Positions 30,029 to 41,911 are shown, counted from the first letter of the stretch. The stretch is 53,594 nt of DNA from Hydrurus foetidus (GCA_900617105.1 UYFQ01000737.1:1-53594); one strand, 5' to 3'. The notes: generated by a model from the sequence alone, not told the origin. A program made the numbers and translations.

Positions 30029-31033
30029 ATGCTTTCAATCCCTGAACCGCACAAGACCTGGCGCATTGCCGTGCTGGCCTACCCCGGCTGTATGGGCACG
30101 CAGCTGTTTGGCTTGGCCGAGCTGCTGCGCCTGGCGCTGGACCTGGCAGAGGCCCGCCGCCCCGGCAACCACCCGCTGCTGGAGGTGCAGGTGGTAGGCC
30201 TGCGCGGGCCCAGCGTCACGATTGCCGGGGGCACCGTCATCAGCGTGCGCAAGCCGCGAGGCCGCTACGACGCCCTCATCGTCCCGGGCATGGAGATCAA
30301 CCACCGCGTGGACTGGGACAAAGCGCTGGCACCCATGGCGCCAGAGTGCGCCTTTGTGCGCAAGGCCTACGCCGCGGGCACACCCGTGGCCTCGGTCTGC
30401 ATTGGGGCCTTTTTGCTGGGCGAAGCCGGCTTGCTGCAGGGGCGGCGCGCCACCACGGCCTGGCTGTTCGCCCAGGTGCTGGGCCAGCGCTACCCTGGCG
30501 TGACCGTGGATGCCACTGCCATGCTGGTGGACGACGCGGGCGTGTTGACCACCGGCGCGGTCAGCTCTGCGTTTGACCTGGCCATCCACCTCATCAAACA
30601 CACGCTGGGCGCAGACATTGCCACGGCCACCGCGCGTGTGGCCCTGCTGCCGCCCGAGCGGCTAAGCCAGGCGCCATTTGTGGACGCACGCCTGCTGCCC
30701 ACGCAGCGCCTGCCTTCGTTCTCGCAGCAGGTGACGCAGTGGCTGCAGGCCCGGCTGGCTGCGCCGTTCTCATTGGACGCTTTGGCGGCGGCCTTTCTGG
30801 TCAGTTCCAGCACACTGCTGCGCCGTGTGAAAACTGACACCGGCCAGACGCCGCTGGCGCTGCTGCAGGCCGCACGCGTGGAGCGGGCCAAACAACTGCT
30901 GCACAGCGGCCAACAGAGCCTGGCCCAAATCACCGAGGCCGTGGGCTACACCGATGTGGCGTCGTTCACCCGCCTGTTTGGGCGCTTGGTGGGCGAGTCA
31001 CCGGCACGCTACCGGCGGCGGCGCTTCGGCTAG
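30029..31033 (+). CDS. GlxA-family (DJ-1/PfpI + AraC) regulator
   Basis: SVCIGAFLL, RRATTAW and a C-terminal AraC HTH; divergent from the MBL gene. Confidence 0.9.
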   Translation: MLSIPEPHKTWRIAVLAYPGCMGTQLFGLAELLRLALDLAEARRPGNHPLLEVQVVGLRGPSVTIAGGTVISVRKPRGRYDALIVPGMEINHRVDWDKALAPMAPECAFVRKAYAAGTPVASVCIGAFLLGEAGLLQGRRATTAWLFAQVLGQRYPGVTVDATAMLVDDAGVLTTGAVSSAFDLAIHLIKHTLGADIATATARVALLPPERLSQAPFVDARLLPTQRLPSFSQQVTQWLQARLAAPFSLDALAAAFLVSSSTLLRRVKTDTGQTPLALLQAARVERAKQLLHSGQQSLAQITEAVGYTDVASFTRLFGRLVGESPARYRRRRFG

Positions 31034-31067
31034 AGTGGCGGCACCTTCACCACCGCAGTGCACCGCC

Positions 31068-31697
31068 ATGGCCTCTTTTGAAACCGAGTTCCTGAACCAC
31101 TACCTGCAACTCGGCCTGGGCTCCATGCCCAAGGCCGACATCGATGCGCTGGTGATGCACCTGCTGGACCAGCACGGCCTGGACGGCTCGGGCCCGCTGG
31201 CCCGGCTGAACAACCAGACCGTGAGCGAGCGCCTGAAGACGCCGGTGGCCAAGGTGAAGAAGCTGCGCTATGAGGCCGCACTGAAGTTTGGTGGCCGCGT
31301 GGAAGACCAGGCCGCCGGGCGCCTGCTGGCCGCACTGGCCAATGCATCGTTGGAGCCGCAGGGCGACAAGATTTGCCTGATCATTGAGGACACGCTGGCC
31401 AAAAACTGGCTGCAGGGCCAGTTGAAGATTTACCAGCACATCTTCGACCACCCCTTTAGCACCGAGATCGTTCGCGTGTCGGCCGACGGGTTGTTCCAGG
31501 TGCTGGAGTCGCTGTTTGGCAAGAAGGAGCTGGCTGCCTTCCGCGCAGGCTACGACAAAGCCAAAGACACCAAAGACGCAACGGCGCGCAAGAAGCTGTT
31601 CAAAGACACGGCGCTGAGCTTTGCCAAAGACGCCGCCAAGGCTGCGGGTGGCACGGTGCTGGCGGTGGTGAAGGGCCAGCTGGGCTTGGGGGGATAG
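31068..31697 (+). CDS. Hypothetical protein with putative N-terminal wHTH
   Basis: GSMPKADID...NNQTVSERLKTPVAKVKKLRYEA; host-like codon usage; 4 bp before DUF3800. Confidence 0.7.
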   Translation: MASFETEFLNHYLQLGLGSMPKADIDALVMHLLDQHGLDGSGPLARLNNQTVSERLKTPVAKVKKLRYEAALKFGGRVEDQAAGRLLAALANASLEPQGDKICLIIEDTLAKNWLQGQLKIYQHIFDHPFSTEIVRVSADGLFQVLESLFGKKELAAFRAGYDKAKDTKDATARKKLFKDTALSFAKDAAKAAGGTVLAVVKGQLGLGG

Positions 31698-31701
31698 CGC
31701 G

Positions 31702-32556
31702 ATGGCTGAACAGCAGTTCTCACTTTTTGACGCCGAGGGAACCCTTGCGATTGGAGATACTGCCGCGGAGCCGACGCCAACCGGCAGGTTCAGCAACTAT
31801 GTGGTCTACGTCGATGAAAGCGGCGACCACGGCATGCAAACCGTGGATGCCAACTATCCATTGTTTGTATTGGCCTTTTGCGTGTTTCACAAACGTCACT
31901 ACAGCGAGAAAGTGGTTCCAGCCCTTCAGAAATTCAAGTTCAACCATTTTGGACACGACCTCACCGTGCTGCATGAACTTGAAATCCGTAAAGAGAAAGG
32001 CGATTTCAAGTTTCAGACTCGTCTGCACAAGCAAGATTTTCTAACCGAACTCACCAATGTGATCGAAGCCAGCAACTTCGTGCTGATCAGCAGCGTGATC
32101 AACAAAGCGCCCCTGCAAGCTAAACCCGGCTTACCGCCCAACCCTTATCACTTGGCACTGGGCTACTGCCTTGAAACCCTCTACGAATTTCTGCCAGAGA
32201 AGAATCAAGATAGCAAGCTAACGCACGTAGTCGTGGAATGCCGAGGCAAGAAAGAAGACAACGAGCTAGAGCTGGAATTTCGCCGCATTTGTGACGGAGC
32301 AAATCGTTGGGGAAGTGCCTTGCCGTTTGACGTGAAGTTTGCCAACAAGCAAGTGAATTCTGCAGGGCTGCAGCTGGCGGATTTAGTCGCTCGCCCGATA
32401 GGTTTGAGCGTGCTGCGGCCACAGCAAGACAATCGGGCATTTGATGTGCTCAAACGCAAATTCTTCTGCAGCGGGGGGCGGCAGAACGTGGGTAAAGGCT
32501 TTGAGAATTGGGGCCTGAAGATCCATCCGACCCCAGAAAGCGAAAAGCCCCGATGA
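31702..32556 (+). CDS. DUF3800 domain protein (RNase H-like fold)
   Basis: VYVDESGD N-terminal motif and GLQLADLVARP C-terminal motif. Confidence 0.85.
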   Translation: MAEQQFSLFDAEGTLAIGDTAAEPTPTGRFSNYVVYVDESGDHGMQTVDANYPLFVLAFCVFHKRHYSEKVVPALQKFKFNHFGHDLTVLHELEIRKEKGDFKFQTRLHKQDFLTELTNVIEASNFVLISSVINKAPLQAKPGLPPNPYHLALGYCLETLYEFLPEKNQDSKLTHVVVECRGKKEDNELELEFRRICDGANRWGSALPFDVKFANKQVNSAGLQLADLVARPIGLSVLRPQQDNRAFDVLKRKFFCSGGRQNVGKGFENWGLKIHPTPESEKPR

Positions 32557-32603
32557 AACTCACCGAGGCTGTAGCGCCGACCAGGAACCCCCAATCCACT
32601 TGG
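32536..32603 (-). ncRNA. Candidate DUF3800-associated antisense small RNA (two hairpins, ends in U-tract)
   Basis: Minus strand GAUUGGG-GGUU-CCUGGUC and AGCCUCGGUGA-GUU-UCAUCGGGGCU-UUU pair fully only with G-U wobbles on this strand; sigma70-like promoter just upstream. Confidence 0.65.
32540..32570 (-). terminator. Intrinsic terminator of the candidate small RNA
   Basis: 11-bp stem followed by UUUCGCUUU on the minus strand. Confidence 0.6.
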
Positions 32604-32608
32604 CTCTA

Positions 32609-32638
32609 AGTATAAAACAGTTGCCCCCAAGCAAGCAA
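32609..32638 (-). promoter_or_regulatory. Sigma70-like promoter for the antisense RNA
   Basis: TTGCTT (32638-32633), 18-bp spacer, TATACT (32614-32609). Confidence 0.55.
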
Positions 32639-32650
32639 TCAAAATGGAAT

Positions 32651-32702
32651 TGCTATCTGTCTTGTAGCTGTTCGCGCATATTCCACGAGCACGGGTAGGC
32701 CG
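32651..32702 (+). repeat. Dispersed ~55-bp repeat copy
   Basis: TGCTATCTGTCTTGTAGCTGTTCGCGCATATTCCACGAGC...AGGCC, abutting the GGDEF stop. Confidence 0.65.
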
Positions 32703-32705
32703 TCC

Positions 32706-33875
32706 TCACGCGCGCGTATCCTTCGGCACCACGATGTCACGCGGCACTGCATGGCACACCACGCAGTTGCGCCCGCCGGCCTTGGCCTGGTACATGGCTG
32801 CATCGGCGCGCTGCAGCAGCGTGTCGAGGTGGCCGCCGTAGGTGGCTACGCCGACGCTGATGGTGACCTGCAGCACCTGCCCCTCCCAGGGGATGGACAC
32901 GTTGGCCACCGCCTGGCGCAGCTTCTCGGCCAGGGCGGCTGCGGCTGCGGTGTCCGTGTCGGCCAGCAGCACGGCAAACTCTTCGCCGCCTATGCGCCCG
33001 CACACATCGGCCGCGCGGAACTGCTGGGCCAGCAGCGCGCCAACCTGCTTAAGCACCGCATCGCCCGCGCTGTGGCCATGCGTGTCGTTGATCTTCTTGA
33101 AGTGGTCCACATCGATCAGCAGCGCGCTCAGCGGATGGCCCTGGCGATGGCACAGACGGGTGGTCTGCTCGCCCAGCTCCATGAAAGAGCGGCGGTTGTT
33201 GATGTTGGTGAGCTCGTCAGTGCGGGCCATGCGGTCGGCCACCTCGTTGGCCTGGCGCAGCTCGTAGCTCAGGTGCAGGCGGGCTTGCATGGCGGTGGAC
33301 AGCACGTGGGTGCCGCGCAGCGCACCCAGCATGAAGGTGGTGGCCGCAACGGCCAGGCCCAGGGCAATCTGGCTGGGCTGGAAAAACAGCCACACCGTGC
33401 TGGGCACCAGCACGGCCGCCATGGCGGCAATGGTCATGTCGCGGTGCGCGGAGTAGGCCACGATGGCGCCCCCCATCAGCCCCGCCACAAAAAAGAGAAT
33501 GACGAACTGCCCCGCCACATCGTCCGGCGGCATCAGCCACAGCATGCCCAGCCCCCAGATAAGCGACGACACCATCAGCGTGGCCGCATAGGGCCGCTCC
33601 CAGGCCAGCACGGCCGCACCGGTGGGCTTGGCGCGAAAGTACAGCACATACATGCCCAGGCGCAACAACGCGCTGGCGCACAGCAAGCCCAGCCAGATCA
33701 GCAACTTCTGGCCTGCTACGTGGCCCCACAGCGTCCAGCACATTACCAACGCAATGATGACGCTCTGGAACAGAGCCGGAAACGACTGCTCGAACAGCAG
33801 CACCAGCGTGTCGGCGCGCGCGCGGTCGCGGTTGGCAGCGGCTTGGGCTTGGTTAGAAACGGCGTCTTCACGCAT
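32706..33875 (-). CDS. Membrane-bound diguanylate cyclase
   Basis: Multi-TM N-terminus; DVDHFKKINDTHGH and RIGGEEF. Confidence 0.92.
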   Translation of the reverse strand: MREDAVSNQAQAAANRDRARADTLVLLFEQSFPALFQSVIIALVMCWTLWGHVAGQKLLIWLGLLCASALLRLGMYVLYFRAKPTGAAVLAWERPYAATLMVSSLIWGLGMLWLMPPDDVAGQFVILFFVAGLMGGAIVAYSAHRDMTIAAMAAVLVPSTVWLFFQPSQIALGLAVAATTFMLGALRGTHVLSTAMQARLHLSYELRQANEVADRMARTDELTNINNRRSFMELGEQTTRLCHRQGHPLSALLIDVDHFKKINDTHGHSAGDAVLKQVGALLAQQFRAADVCGRIGGEEFAVLLADTDTAAAAALAEKLRQAVANVSIPWEGQVLQVTISVGVATYGGHLDTLLQRADAAMYQAKAGGRNCVVCHAVPRDIVVPKDTRA

Positions 33876-33891
33876 GGGGGCTCCTCTGAAT

Positions 33892-33950
33892 CACTATGGT
33901 TTTGATAGCTGCTAGCGCATATTCCACGGGGGCTAGGGCCACTTTTGCTC
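33892..33950 (+). repeat. Dispersed ~55-bp repeat copy
   Basis: TTTGATAGCTGCTAGCGCATATTCCACGGGGGCTAGGGCCACTTTTG. Confidence 0.8.
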
Positions 33951-34051
33951 AAAAAAGCCCACGCCTCCGCAAAAATCTCCTAGCCGCATGCCAGTTTTAT
34001 AGGCATTATGTTTACATAAAGATACAAGTCACTCAGGGAGGGTGAACCGGA

Positions 34052-34300
34052 ATGGCAACGCTTATTCCTTCATTAGGCTCGTGCGTCTCACGCGTGACCA
34101 GCGGAGAACGCCGACTGGCCGAAAGGCTGCCCGCGCTGACACGGCTGTATTGGAGCGTGGGGGAGTTGCGCCACCAGATCGACCGCAAGGCCTTCGAGCG
34201 CACCGAACTTGCCGCATTGCAGGCCCCCACATCCGTTCGGGCTGAGCCTGTCGAAGCCACCAGCGGCGACTGCGGATTTGGGGCAAGGCTAGGAACATGA
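34052..34300 (+). pseudogene. Mosaic remnant: NERD/helicase N-terminus fused to DUF1016 (YhcG) fragments and a REP half-site
   Basis: MATLIPSLGSCVSRVTSGERRLAERL, then LTRLYWSVG-ELRHQIDRKAFERT, then SVRAEPVEA. Confidence 0.55.
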
Positions 34301-34313
34301 AAAGGCCACGACC

Positions 34314-34757
34314 ATGATTACGAGCAAGACACTACGGGTACCGCGTATTGAAAGCCGTATGCAAGTGATTCGCGGCCTGCGGGTCATGCTGGATGTGGGG
34401 GACCGCTTTCCCAGCGATTTCCTCTTTCAGCTTACGGCTGATGAGAAAACCGAGGTGGTCGCAAATTGCGACCACCTCCAAAATCTGAAATTTTCCAAGG
34501 CGTTGCCTTTTGCGTTTACCGAGCACGGAGCACGGAGCAATTCAGGCAGCCAATGTGCTGGCATCAAGCCAAGCGGTTGAGATGTCGCACGACAACTTCA
34601 GCCGAAACACCCGGCTGCAATTGCGCCAACTGCTGGACGCGGTGCGTGAGCTGACTGCGCCACCGGAGCCACCCAAACGGCCCATTGGGTTGCTGGCGCA
34701 TGAGGATAAAAAGACACGAAGGCCAGCACGTTTACCAAAGGACGGAAGGCACCGTGA
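34314..34757 (+). pseudogene. ORF6N-domain DNA-binding protein remnant
   Basis: IRGLRVMLD, RFPSDFLFQLT, LPFAFTEHGA and PKRPIG motifs with internal deletions and a frameshifting GCACGGA duplication at ~34522-34538. Confidence 0.75.
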
Positions 34758-34894
34758 GCGTCCAACCAAAGACATGTGGCGGCGACGCGGGCTACGCAGA
34801 GGCTGGTGATTGAGGTGGGTGGGGATGAAGGGTTTGGAAAAAGTTTGGCCTCCACAATGAGTTGCAATTCTGAGATTCAATTGACTAGGAAATT

Positions 34895-36181
34895 ATGAAA
34901 AATCATGATCCGCGGGAGCAAGTTCGAGGCCTCCACCAAATCCTAACTTCTGACAAGAAGCGCGTAGGATTTTTGTTTGGCGCAGGTACATCATTCGCCA
35001 CAGGGCTAGACGGAATTTGTGTTCCCGCCATCGCAAAAATGACGAGTGACATTGTTCAACACGTTACCGCCCAATCAGTTGCGCTCGCCTCTGCAATTGA
35101 CGACATCAATGCGGAGTTAAGTGGCGAAAAAATTGCCTTCAACATTGAGTCTCTTCTGTCAAGCATTGAATCAAAGCGCGCTGTGATTGGCTCAGGCACA
35201 CTCAATGGTCTCGACTCCAGTGGATTTTCAGAATTGGCTAAGCTTGTAAAAGAGCAAGTAGTCAAACTGGTTTCAATTCATGACCAACTCAGTGATACAG
35301 CAGTCCGCAAAAAACTGTCTCATTCTCAGTTTTCCAACTGGATTCAAAAAGCTCGGCGCAGGTTTCCGGCCGAAATTTTCACAACCAACTATGACTATCT
35401 CTTTGAAATGGCTTTGGAGGGTTCTGGGATACCGTACTTCGACGGATTTTCAGGTGGCTTTGAGCCCTTCTTTTGCCCAGAGGCTGTTGAAGACGTTGAG
35501 GCGTATCCGCATCTTGTGAAGCTCTGGAAAATGCACGGCTCTTTAGGGTGGTCATTTCGCAAATCCGATCAAGCAGTCATTCGTCAGCACATTCAAGACA
35601 CCGATGCCGCCAACACCCTAATTTACCCTTCTCACCTCAAGTACAACTCATCGAAAAAACAACCCTACGTCGGCCTAATTGATCGACTGTGCACATTCCT
35701 CCAGCAAGACGATGCTGTCCTGATTACGTGCGGCTATTCATTCGGTGACAACCACATCAACGAGCGAATTGTGACGTCACTTAGACGTGGTGCAAATTCA
35801 CATGTATTCGCTTTGTACTATGACGAAGTGGGGGGCGCAGCCGGTAGCCGCTCTTACGGCCTTTCGGATGAAGCCAATGTCCTAAGGGGCATGGCCACGC
35901 AAGAGACCGGAGGAAAAATGTCCGTCTACGGTCGACGTCACGCCGTTATAGGCGGAAAATTTGGCACGTGGCGGTTGCGCGATGAACCCAAGAAAATTGA
36001 ATCGACTCGAATAGATCTTTATTTTGACGAAGATGCAGCAGCACCGTCTTTGAAGCCAGGCCAACAACAAGGCGATGAACTCTGGGAAGGAACTGGTCAA
36101 TTTCTCCTACCTGACTTCCGCAAATTAACTGGTTTCCTGAACGACATGTCTTCGTCTAATGGCTCGCCGGTGGCGATTTAG
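34895..36181 (+). CDS. SIR2-family (SIR2_2) NADase of a Sir2-HerA defence system
   Basis: GAGTS, TTNYD, KMHGS, GYSFGDNHIN; adjacent HerA; lower GC. Confidence 0.9.
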   Translation: MKNHDPREQVRGLHQILTSDKKRVGFLFGAGTSFATGLDGICVPAIAKMTSDIVQHVTAQSVALASAIDDINAELSGEKIAFNIESLLSSIESKRAVIGSGTLNGLDSSGFSELAKLVKEQVVKLVSIHDQLSDTAVRKKLSHSQFSNWIQKARRRFPAEIFTTNYDYLFEMALEGSGIPYFDGFSGGFEPFFCPEAVEDVEAYPHLVKLWKMHGSLGWSFRKSDQAVIRQHIQDTDAANTLIYPSHLKYNSSKKQPYVGLIDRLCTFLQQDDAVLITCGYSFGDNHINERIVTSLRRGANSHVFALYYDEVGGAAGSRSYGLSDEANVLRGMATQETGGKMSVYGRRHAVIGGKFGTWRLRDEPKKIESTRIDLYFDEDAAAPSLKPGQQQGDELWEGTGQFLLPDFRKLTGFLNDMSSSNGSPVAI

Positions 36182-37767
36182 TTCCATGAAACACAACCCA
36201 ACTCATATTGGACAGGTTGAAAGCGTCAGCGGTAACTCCGTAACCATAAAGATGGCTAGTAGCTACCCATCGAATATGCCGATCATTGACGGCACGGTCT
36301 ATCGGATCGGACAAATCGGTTCGTTTCTGAAAATCCCATTGGGTTACGCGAATCTATACGGCCTGGTTACACAGGCAGGCGTAATGGCAATGCCAGACGC
36401 GCTATTGATGGCGTACAAAGAAGATCCATCCATCGTAGATGGCCATCGTTGGTTGCAGATGATTCTTGTGGGTGAGCAGGTCGGTTCCAATTTTGAGCGT
36501 GGCGTGCTGCAATCACCGACGTCAGGCGATCAGGTTCACCTAGTGACTAATGATGATTTGCGCATCGTGTACGGCGGCTACAACACGCAATCTTCCATAG
36601 TAGTCGGTAACCAAAGCGCGTCTGAAGGCCTTGAGGCTCAGCTTGATCTAGACAAACTCGTATCGCGTCATTGCGCGATTCTTGGATCAACGGGCAGCGG
36701 CAAGTCAAATGCAGTGAGCATCGTGATGAAGGCTATTGCTGAGAAGCCCCTTCCGAGTGCAAGGGTGCTCATGATTGATCCGCACGGTGAGTACTCAAGC
36801 TCTCTTCGAGGAAAGTGTCAAGTCTTCCGCGTTGGCGCGAGCGCCGCAGATGGAGAGAAAGAACTCTGCGTCCCTTTTTGGGCGTTGCCATTTCGGGAGC
36901 TAATGGCCATATTTCCGGGCAAGTTATCAGATCAAAATGAAGACTACATCCGTGGCAAGGTGCTTAGCCTAAAGCGAGCCTCGGCGATCGGGATTGGCGG
37001 TCTTAGGGCTGAATCCATCACTGCTGATAGTCCCATTCCATTCTCTATTGCTCAGCTGTGGTTTGACCTTGATAACTTTGAACGAACAACGTTTAGAGCA
37101 GACCGTATTACCCCCGAGACACCATTAACAGCTGGTAACCCTGCGACGCTCACATCGAACCAATACCCGATTGCCGGCCTTGGTGCTAGTGCTCCATTTT
37201 TGAATCAAAAAGCAAAAGGAATATTAGGATTTCTCGATGCGATGCGATCGAGAATCCTCGACCAGAGCTATAGCTTCTTGTTCAAGCCCATCGGCTATGC
37301 ACCCGACTTAAATGGCTTGGTGCCAAATGATTTACCCCGGCTGTATTCCACTTGGTTCGGACATGGATTTCCCATTTCCATCCTAGACCTTTCAGCAATC
37401 CCATCTGAAGTAATGCAAACAATTGCTGGATGCATATTGAAGATAACTTACGACGCGCTCTACTGGGGCCAGTCAACAGTAGTCGGAGGAAAGTTGCAAC
37501 CACTATTGGTTGTTTTGGATGAGGCGCACACTTATTTAAAGGCCGGTGAGGAGTCAATTTCGTCTCGGACAGTTCAAGCCATCGCAAAAGAGGGGCGCAA
37601 GTATGGTGTTGGTTTACTACTTGTAACCCAAAGACCTTCCGAGCTAGATGAAACAGTTCTAAGTCAGTGTGGGTCCATCATCGCTTTGAGAATGACCAAC
37701 TCTCGTGATAAGGGTCATGTGGTATCTGCAATGCAAGATGAGCTTCGCGAAATGGCAGATGTGGTGG

Positions 37768-38966
<1,199 letters not shown>

Positions 38967-39229
38967 TTAGGTTGAAATAACCTATCGTTGTGTCTGTTTA
39001 AATTAGACCACCACAAGATGTCCTCTCTGGGCTGCGTACTGGCGAAGCAATCGTGAGTGGTGAAGCGGTTCGCATTCCCTCTCGAATCAAGTTCTTCCAG
39101 TCCAATAGCTCTACGAAGAGTTCCGATCCCGTCGCCTCTATGCTTTGGGCAAACCCCTGCCCAGATGTTGCCACTTACGAAACGAGTGTTCGAAATTGGC
39201 GAAATCAATCGTTTAACTAAGGAGATGAA

Positions 39230-39448
39230 ATGTCAATGCCAGAAATGCATCCAGTAAGTTCTTCCAACGTGGCAGCAGTTGGATACGACAGCGAGAATCA
39301 ATGGGTATACGTTCGATTCTTGGATTCTTCGCTATACGCCTACAAAGGGGTTCTAGAACACGAGTTCGAAAATTTGCGGACGGCGGCTTCCGTTGGGTCG
39401 TATCTCAATCGAAACTTTAAAAATGTGTATCCGTACGAACGAATGTAA
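39230..39448 (+). CDS. KTSC domain protein
   Basis: PVSSSNVAAVGYD...LYAYKGV...ASVGSYLN..K..YPY; RBS AAGGAG overlapping the herA stop. Confidence 0.88.
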   Translation: MSMPEMHPVSSSNVAAVGYDSENQWVYVRFLDSSLYAYKGVLEHEFENLRTAASVGSYLNRNFKNVYPYERM

Positions 39449-39541
39449 GCTGGTGTTAGATGCCGTCGCGCCACCATTCGCGCAAATTAAATCGCACTAC
39501 CTTGAAAGGAGCGGCACAGTGTTATCAATTAAGGGAAGAAA

Positions 39542-40576
39542 ATGTATTGCGCCTTTATTTACGAGCTAATTGATTGGAAGCCACGGCGCATTGACAAAAT
39601 CCTTCCATTTCCAGGGAAATTCTTTCTCCAGCCACTATCTCTCTCAACTGGGTTCCGTGATCTTGGCCAGGCTGATATTTTTAGTGGTCAAATTCTTCAA
39701 TTTTTCCGAGGCGTTGAAGCCAGTGTCCGCACATTTGCGATTGTGAGGTGCGAAGGTGAGACTCCCCCAAAGGAGGACCAATCTCGCAGTTTCTTAGCAA
39801 CCCGGGTTGGAAGCACGCGAGTGGATCTATGCAGTCGAGTTATTTGGGTTGGCGGGGAATTGCAACAACAGATCGCTAGTGTGTCTGAGTTTCTACGTGA
39901 CAGCCAATCATTGCTTCCAGCAGATTTTTCAGAGGTTGGAAAACTGAAGGTGGTCGCCGACGCAAAGGGTTTAGCTGTAGTAGATACCACGGCAAGTAAC
40001 TTGCCCGCTTCAGACCGTTTCTCCCGCGCATGTCAACTAGTTGCCTTGAGTAGCGCATATGGAGCAGTCCTTGATCACCTAATGAACAGCCTTTCCATCG
40101 TTGGTTTGAGCTCTGGCAAAGCGGCTGAAGCGGCGCTTCGCGACTGGTCTCGATTTATGTCTGCGTACTACTTCTCCGAACCCATCAAGCAGGACACCAT
40201 TGAACTCTGTCGTCTCTATACAGCTGTTAAGGAACGACAAAAACTCAGCGTTCTTGCTCAAGAGGCGACCGAGCAATTGCGATTGCTTGCCGAATTGGTA
40301 CGGTTGGACCGCACTGAAGCTCAGGTGGGGCGTGAAAGGCGGGTGCAACTATTGCTTGGAATTTTGAGCCTGCTACTTACATTTGTTGGACTTTCGCAGG
40401 TAGTGCAAGTAACACCTAAAACCGTATTGGAGTTTCAGGAGAGTTGGAGTACTTGTGCCCGAGAGTTTGGATGGAGTGATTGCGTCATAGGAAAACGCCC
40501 GCCTATCAATGCAGCTAACAGTGTTAAACCAAAAGACAAGCGCGCGTCAAGCGCCCCCTCAACTCCGTCGCGCTAA
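39542..40576 (+). CDS. Hypothetical membrane protein, possible divergent CorA-like fold
   Basis: Long helical stalk followed by TM VQLLLGILSLLLTFVGL; same lower-GC block as sir2-herA. Confidence 0.7.
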   Translation: MYCAFIYELIDWKPRRIDKILPFPGKFFLQPLSLSTGFRDLGQADIFSGQILQFFRGVEASVRTFAIVRCEGETPPKEDQSRSFLATRVGSTRVDLCSRVIWVGGELQQQIASVSEFLRDSQSLLPADFSEVGKLKVVADAKGLAVVDTTASNLPASDRFSRACQLVALSSAYGAVLDHLMNSLSIVGLSSGKAAEAALRDWSRFMSAYYFSEPIKQDTIELCRLYTAVKERQKLSVLAQEATEQLRLLAELVRLDRTEAQVGRERRVQLLLGILSLLLTFVGLSQVVQVTPKTVLEFQESWSTCAREFGWSDCVIGKRPPINAANSVKPKDKRASSAPSTPSR

Positions 40577-40594
40577 ACAAGAGGTCCCATCCCC

Positions 40595-41896
40595 ATGCAT
40601 GAAATCATCTGCCCCCACTGCAGCAAAGCATTCAAAATCGACGAGGCGGGGTACGCAGATATCCTGAAGCAAGTTCGCGACGGCGCGTTCGAGCAGCAGT
40701 TGCACGAGCGCCTGGAATTGGCCGAGCAAGACAAGCGCAATGCCGTCGAGCTTGCCCAGGCCAAAGTTGCCAGCGCAATGCAGAAGACTGCTGTAGCCAA
40801 GGATTCCGAAATCCAGGCACTCAAGGCTAAGCTTGACGCGGCTTCAGCGCTAGCCGAAGCAAAGCTTGCGAACGGGCTACAAAATGCCGCCGCGACCAAG
40901 GACGCGGAGATCCAAGGCTTGAAGGCAAAACTGGATGCCACCGAGCTTATACAAAAGCTCGCGATCACTGAAGCTGTCAATGTGGTCGCGCGGGAACGCG
41001 ACGAGTTGAAGAATGGCCTCGCGCGGGCCGAACTTGAAAAGCAACTCGCCGAGAAGTCGCTCAAAGACAAGTACGAAACGCAGATCAAGGATCGCGATGA
41101 TGCGATAGAGCGCCTGCGCGACATGAAGGCGCGCCTGTCCACCAAGATGGTGGGTGAGACCCTCGAACAGCATTGCGAAACGGAGTTCAACCGAATTCGC
41201 GCAACGGCGTTTCCAAGGGCTTATTTCGAAAAAGACAACGACGCGCGGACAGGTAGCAAGGGGGACTACATCTTTCGCGACTTGGACGAGGCAGGCACCG
41301 AGATCGTCTCCATCATGTTTGAGATGAAAAATGAGAACGACCGCACCAGCACCAAGAACAAGAACGAAGACTTTCTGAAGGAGCTGGACAAGGATCGCCT
41401 TGAGAAGGGGTGCGAATATGCCGTGCTGGTCTCCCTACTGGAGCCAGACAGTGAGCTGTACAACACCGGCATCGTGGATGTGTTCCATCGCTTCCCCAAG
41501 ATGTACATCGTGCGCCCACAGTTCTTTCTGCCCATCATCACGCTGCTGCGCAACGCGGCGATGAACTCGCTCAAGTACAAATCGGAGCTTGCGCTGGTCA
41601 GGGCGCAGAACATTGACATCACGAATTTTGAGACCAGCCTCGATACGTTCAAGACCGCATTCGCGCGCAACTACGACCTAGCATCCAATAGCTTCAAAAA
41701 GGCAATCGATGAGATCGATAAATCCATCGACCACCTGCAAAAAACCAAGGACGCACTGCTGGGCACCGACCGGAACCTGCGCCTTGCGAACGACAAGGCG
41801 CAAGACGTGACGATCAAGAAGCTGACGCGGGGCAACCCGACGATGGCAGCCAAGTTCGCGGAGCTTAAGAATCCTGGGCCTGCCGACGCTGAATGA
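40595..41896 (+). CDS. DUF2130 domain coiled-coil protein
   Basis: [49 protein letters not shown]. Confidence 0.88.
   Translation: MHEIICPHCSKAFKIDEAGYADILKQVRDGAFEQQLHERLELAEQDKRNAVELAQAKVASAMQKTAVAKDSEIQALKAKLDAASALAEAKLANGLQNAAATKDAEIQGLKAKLDATELIQKLAITEAVNVVARERDELKNGLARAELEKQLAEKSLKDKYETQIKDRDDAIERLRDMKARLSTKMVGETLEQHCETEFNRIRATAFPRAYFEKDNDARTGSKGDYIFRDLDEAGTEIVSIMFEMKNENDRTSTKNKNEDFLKELDKDRLEKGCEYAVLVSLLEPDSELYNTGIVDVFHRFPKMYIVRPQFFLPIITLLRNAAMNSLKYKSELALVRAQNIDITNFETSLDTFKTAFARNYDLASNSFKKAIDEIDKSIDHLQKTKDALLGTDRNLRLANDKAQDVTIKKLTRGNPTMAAKFAELKNPGPADAE
41674..41896 (+). repeat. 223-bp segment (DUF2130 3' end), copy 1
   Basis: Direct repeat of 43016-43238 with 12 mismatches counted by eye. 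Confidence 0.93.
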
Positions 41897-41911
41897 AGCG
41901 AAACATTGATT

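Noticed and set aside
32536..32603. Structured element as a tRNA
   Set aside because: Only two hairpins; no cloverleaf, T-loop GTTCRA or CCA end
131..33905. Many long overlapping ORFs (e.g. 719..1603, 14750..15955, 23717..24751, 32751..33905)
   Set aside because: Antisense or alternative frames of recognisable genes, expected in high-GC DNA, with no motifs
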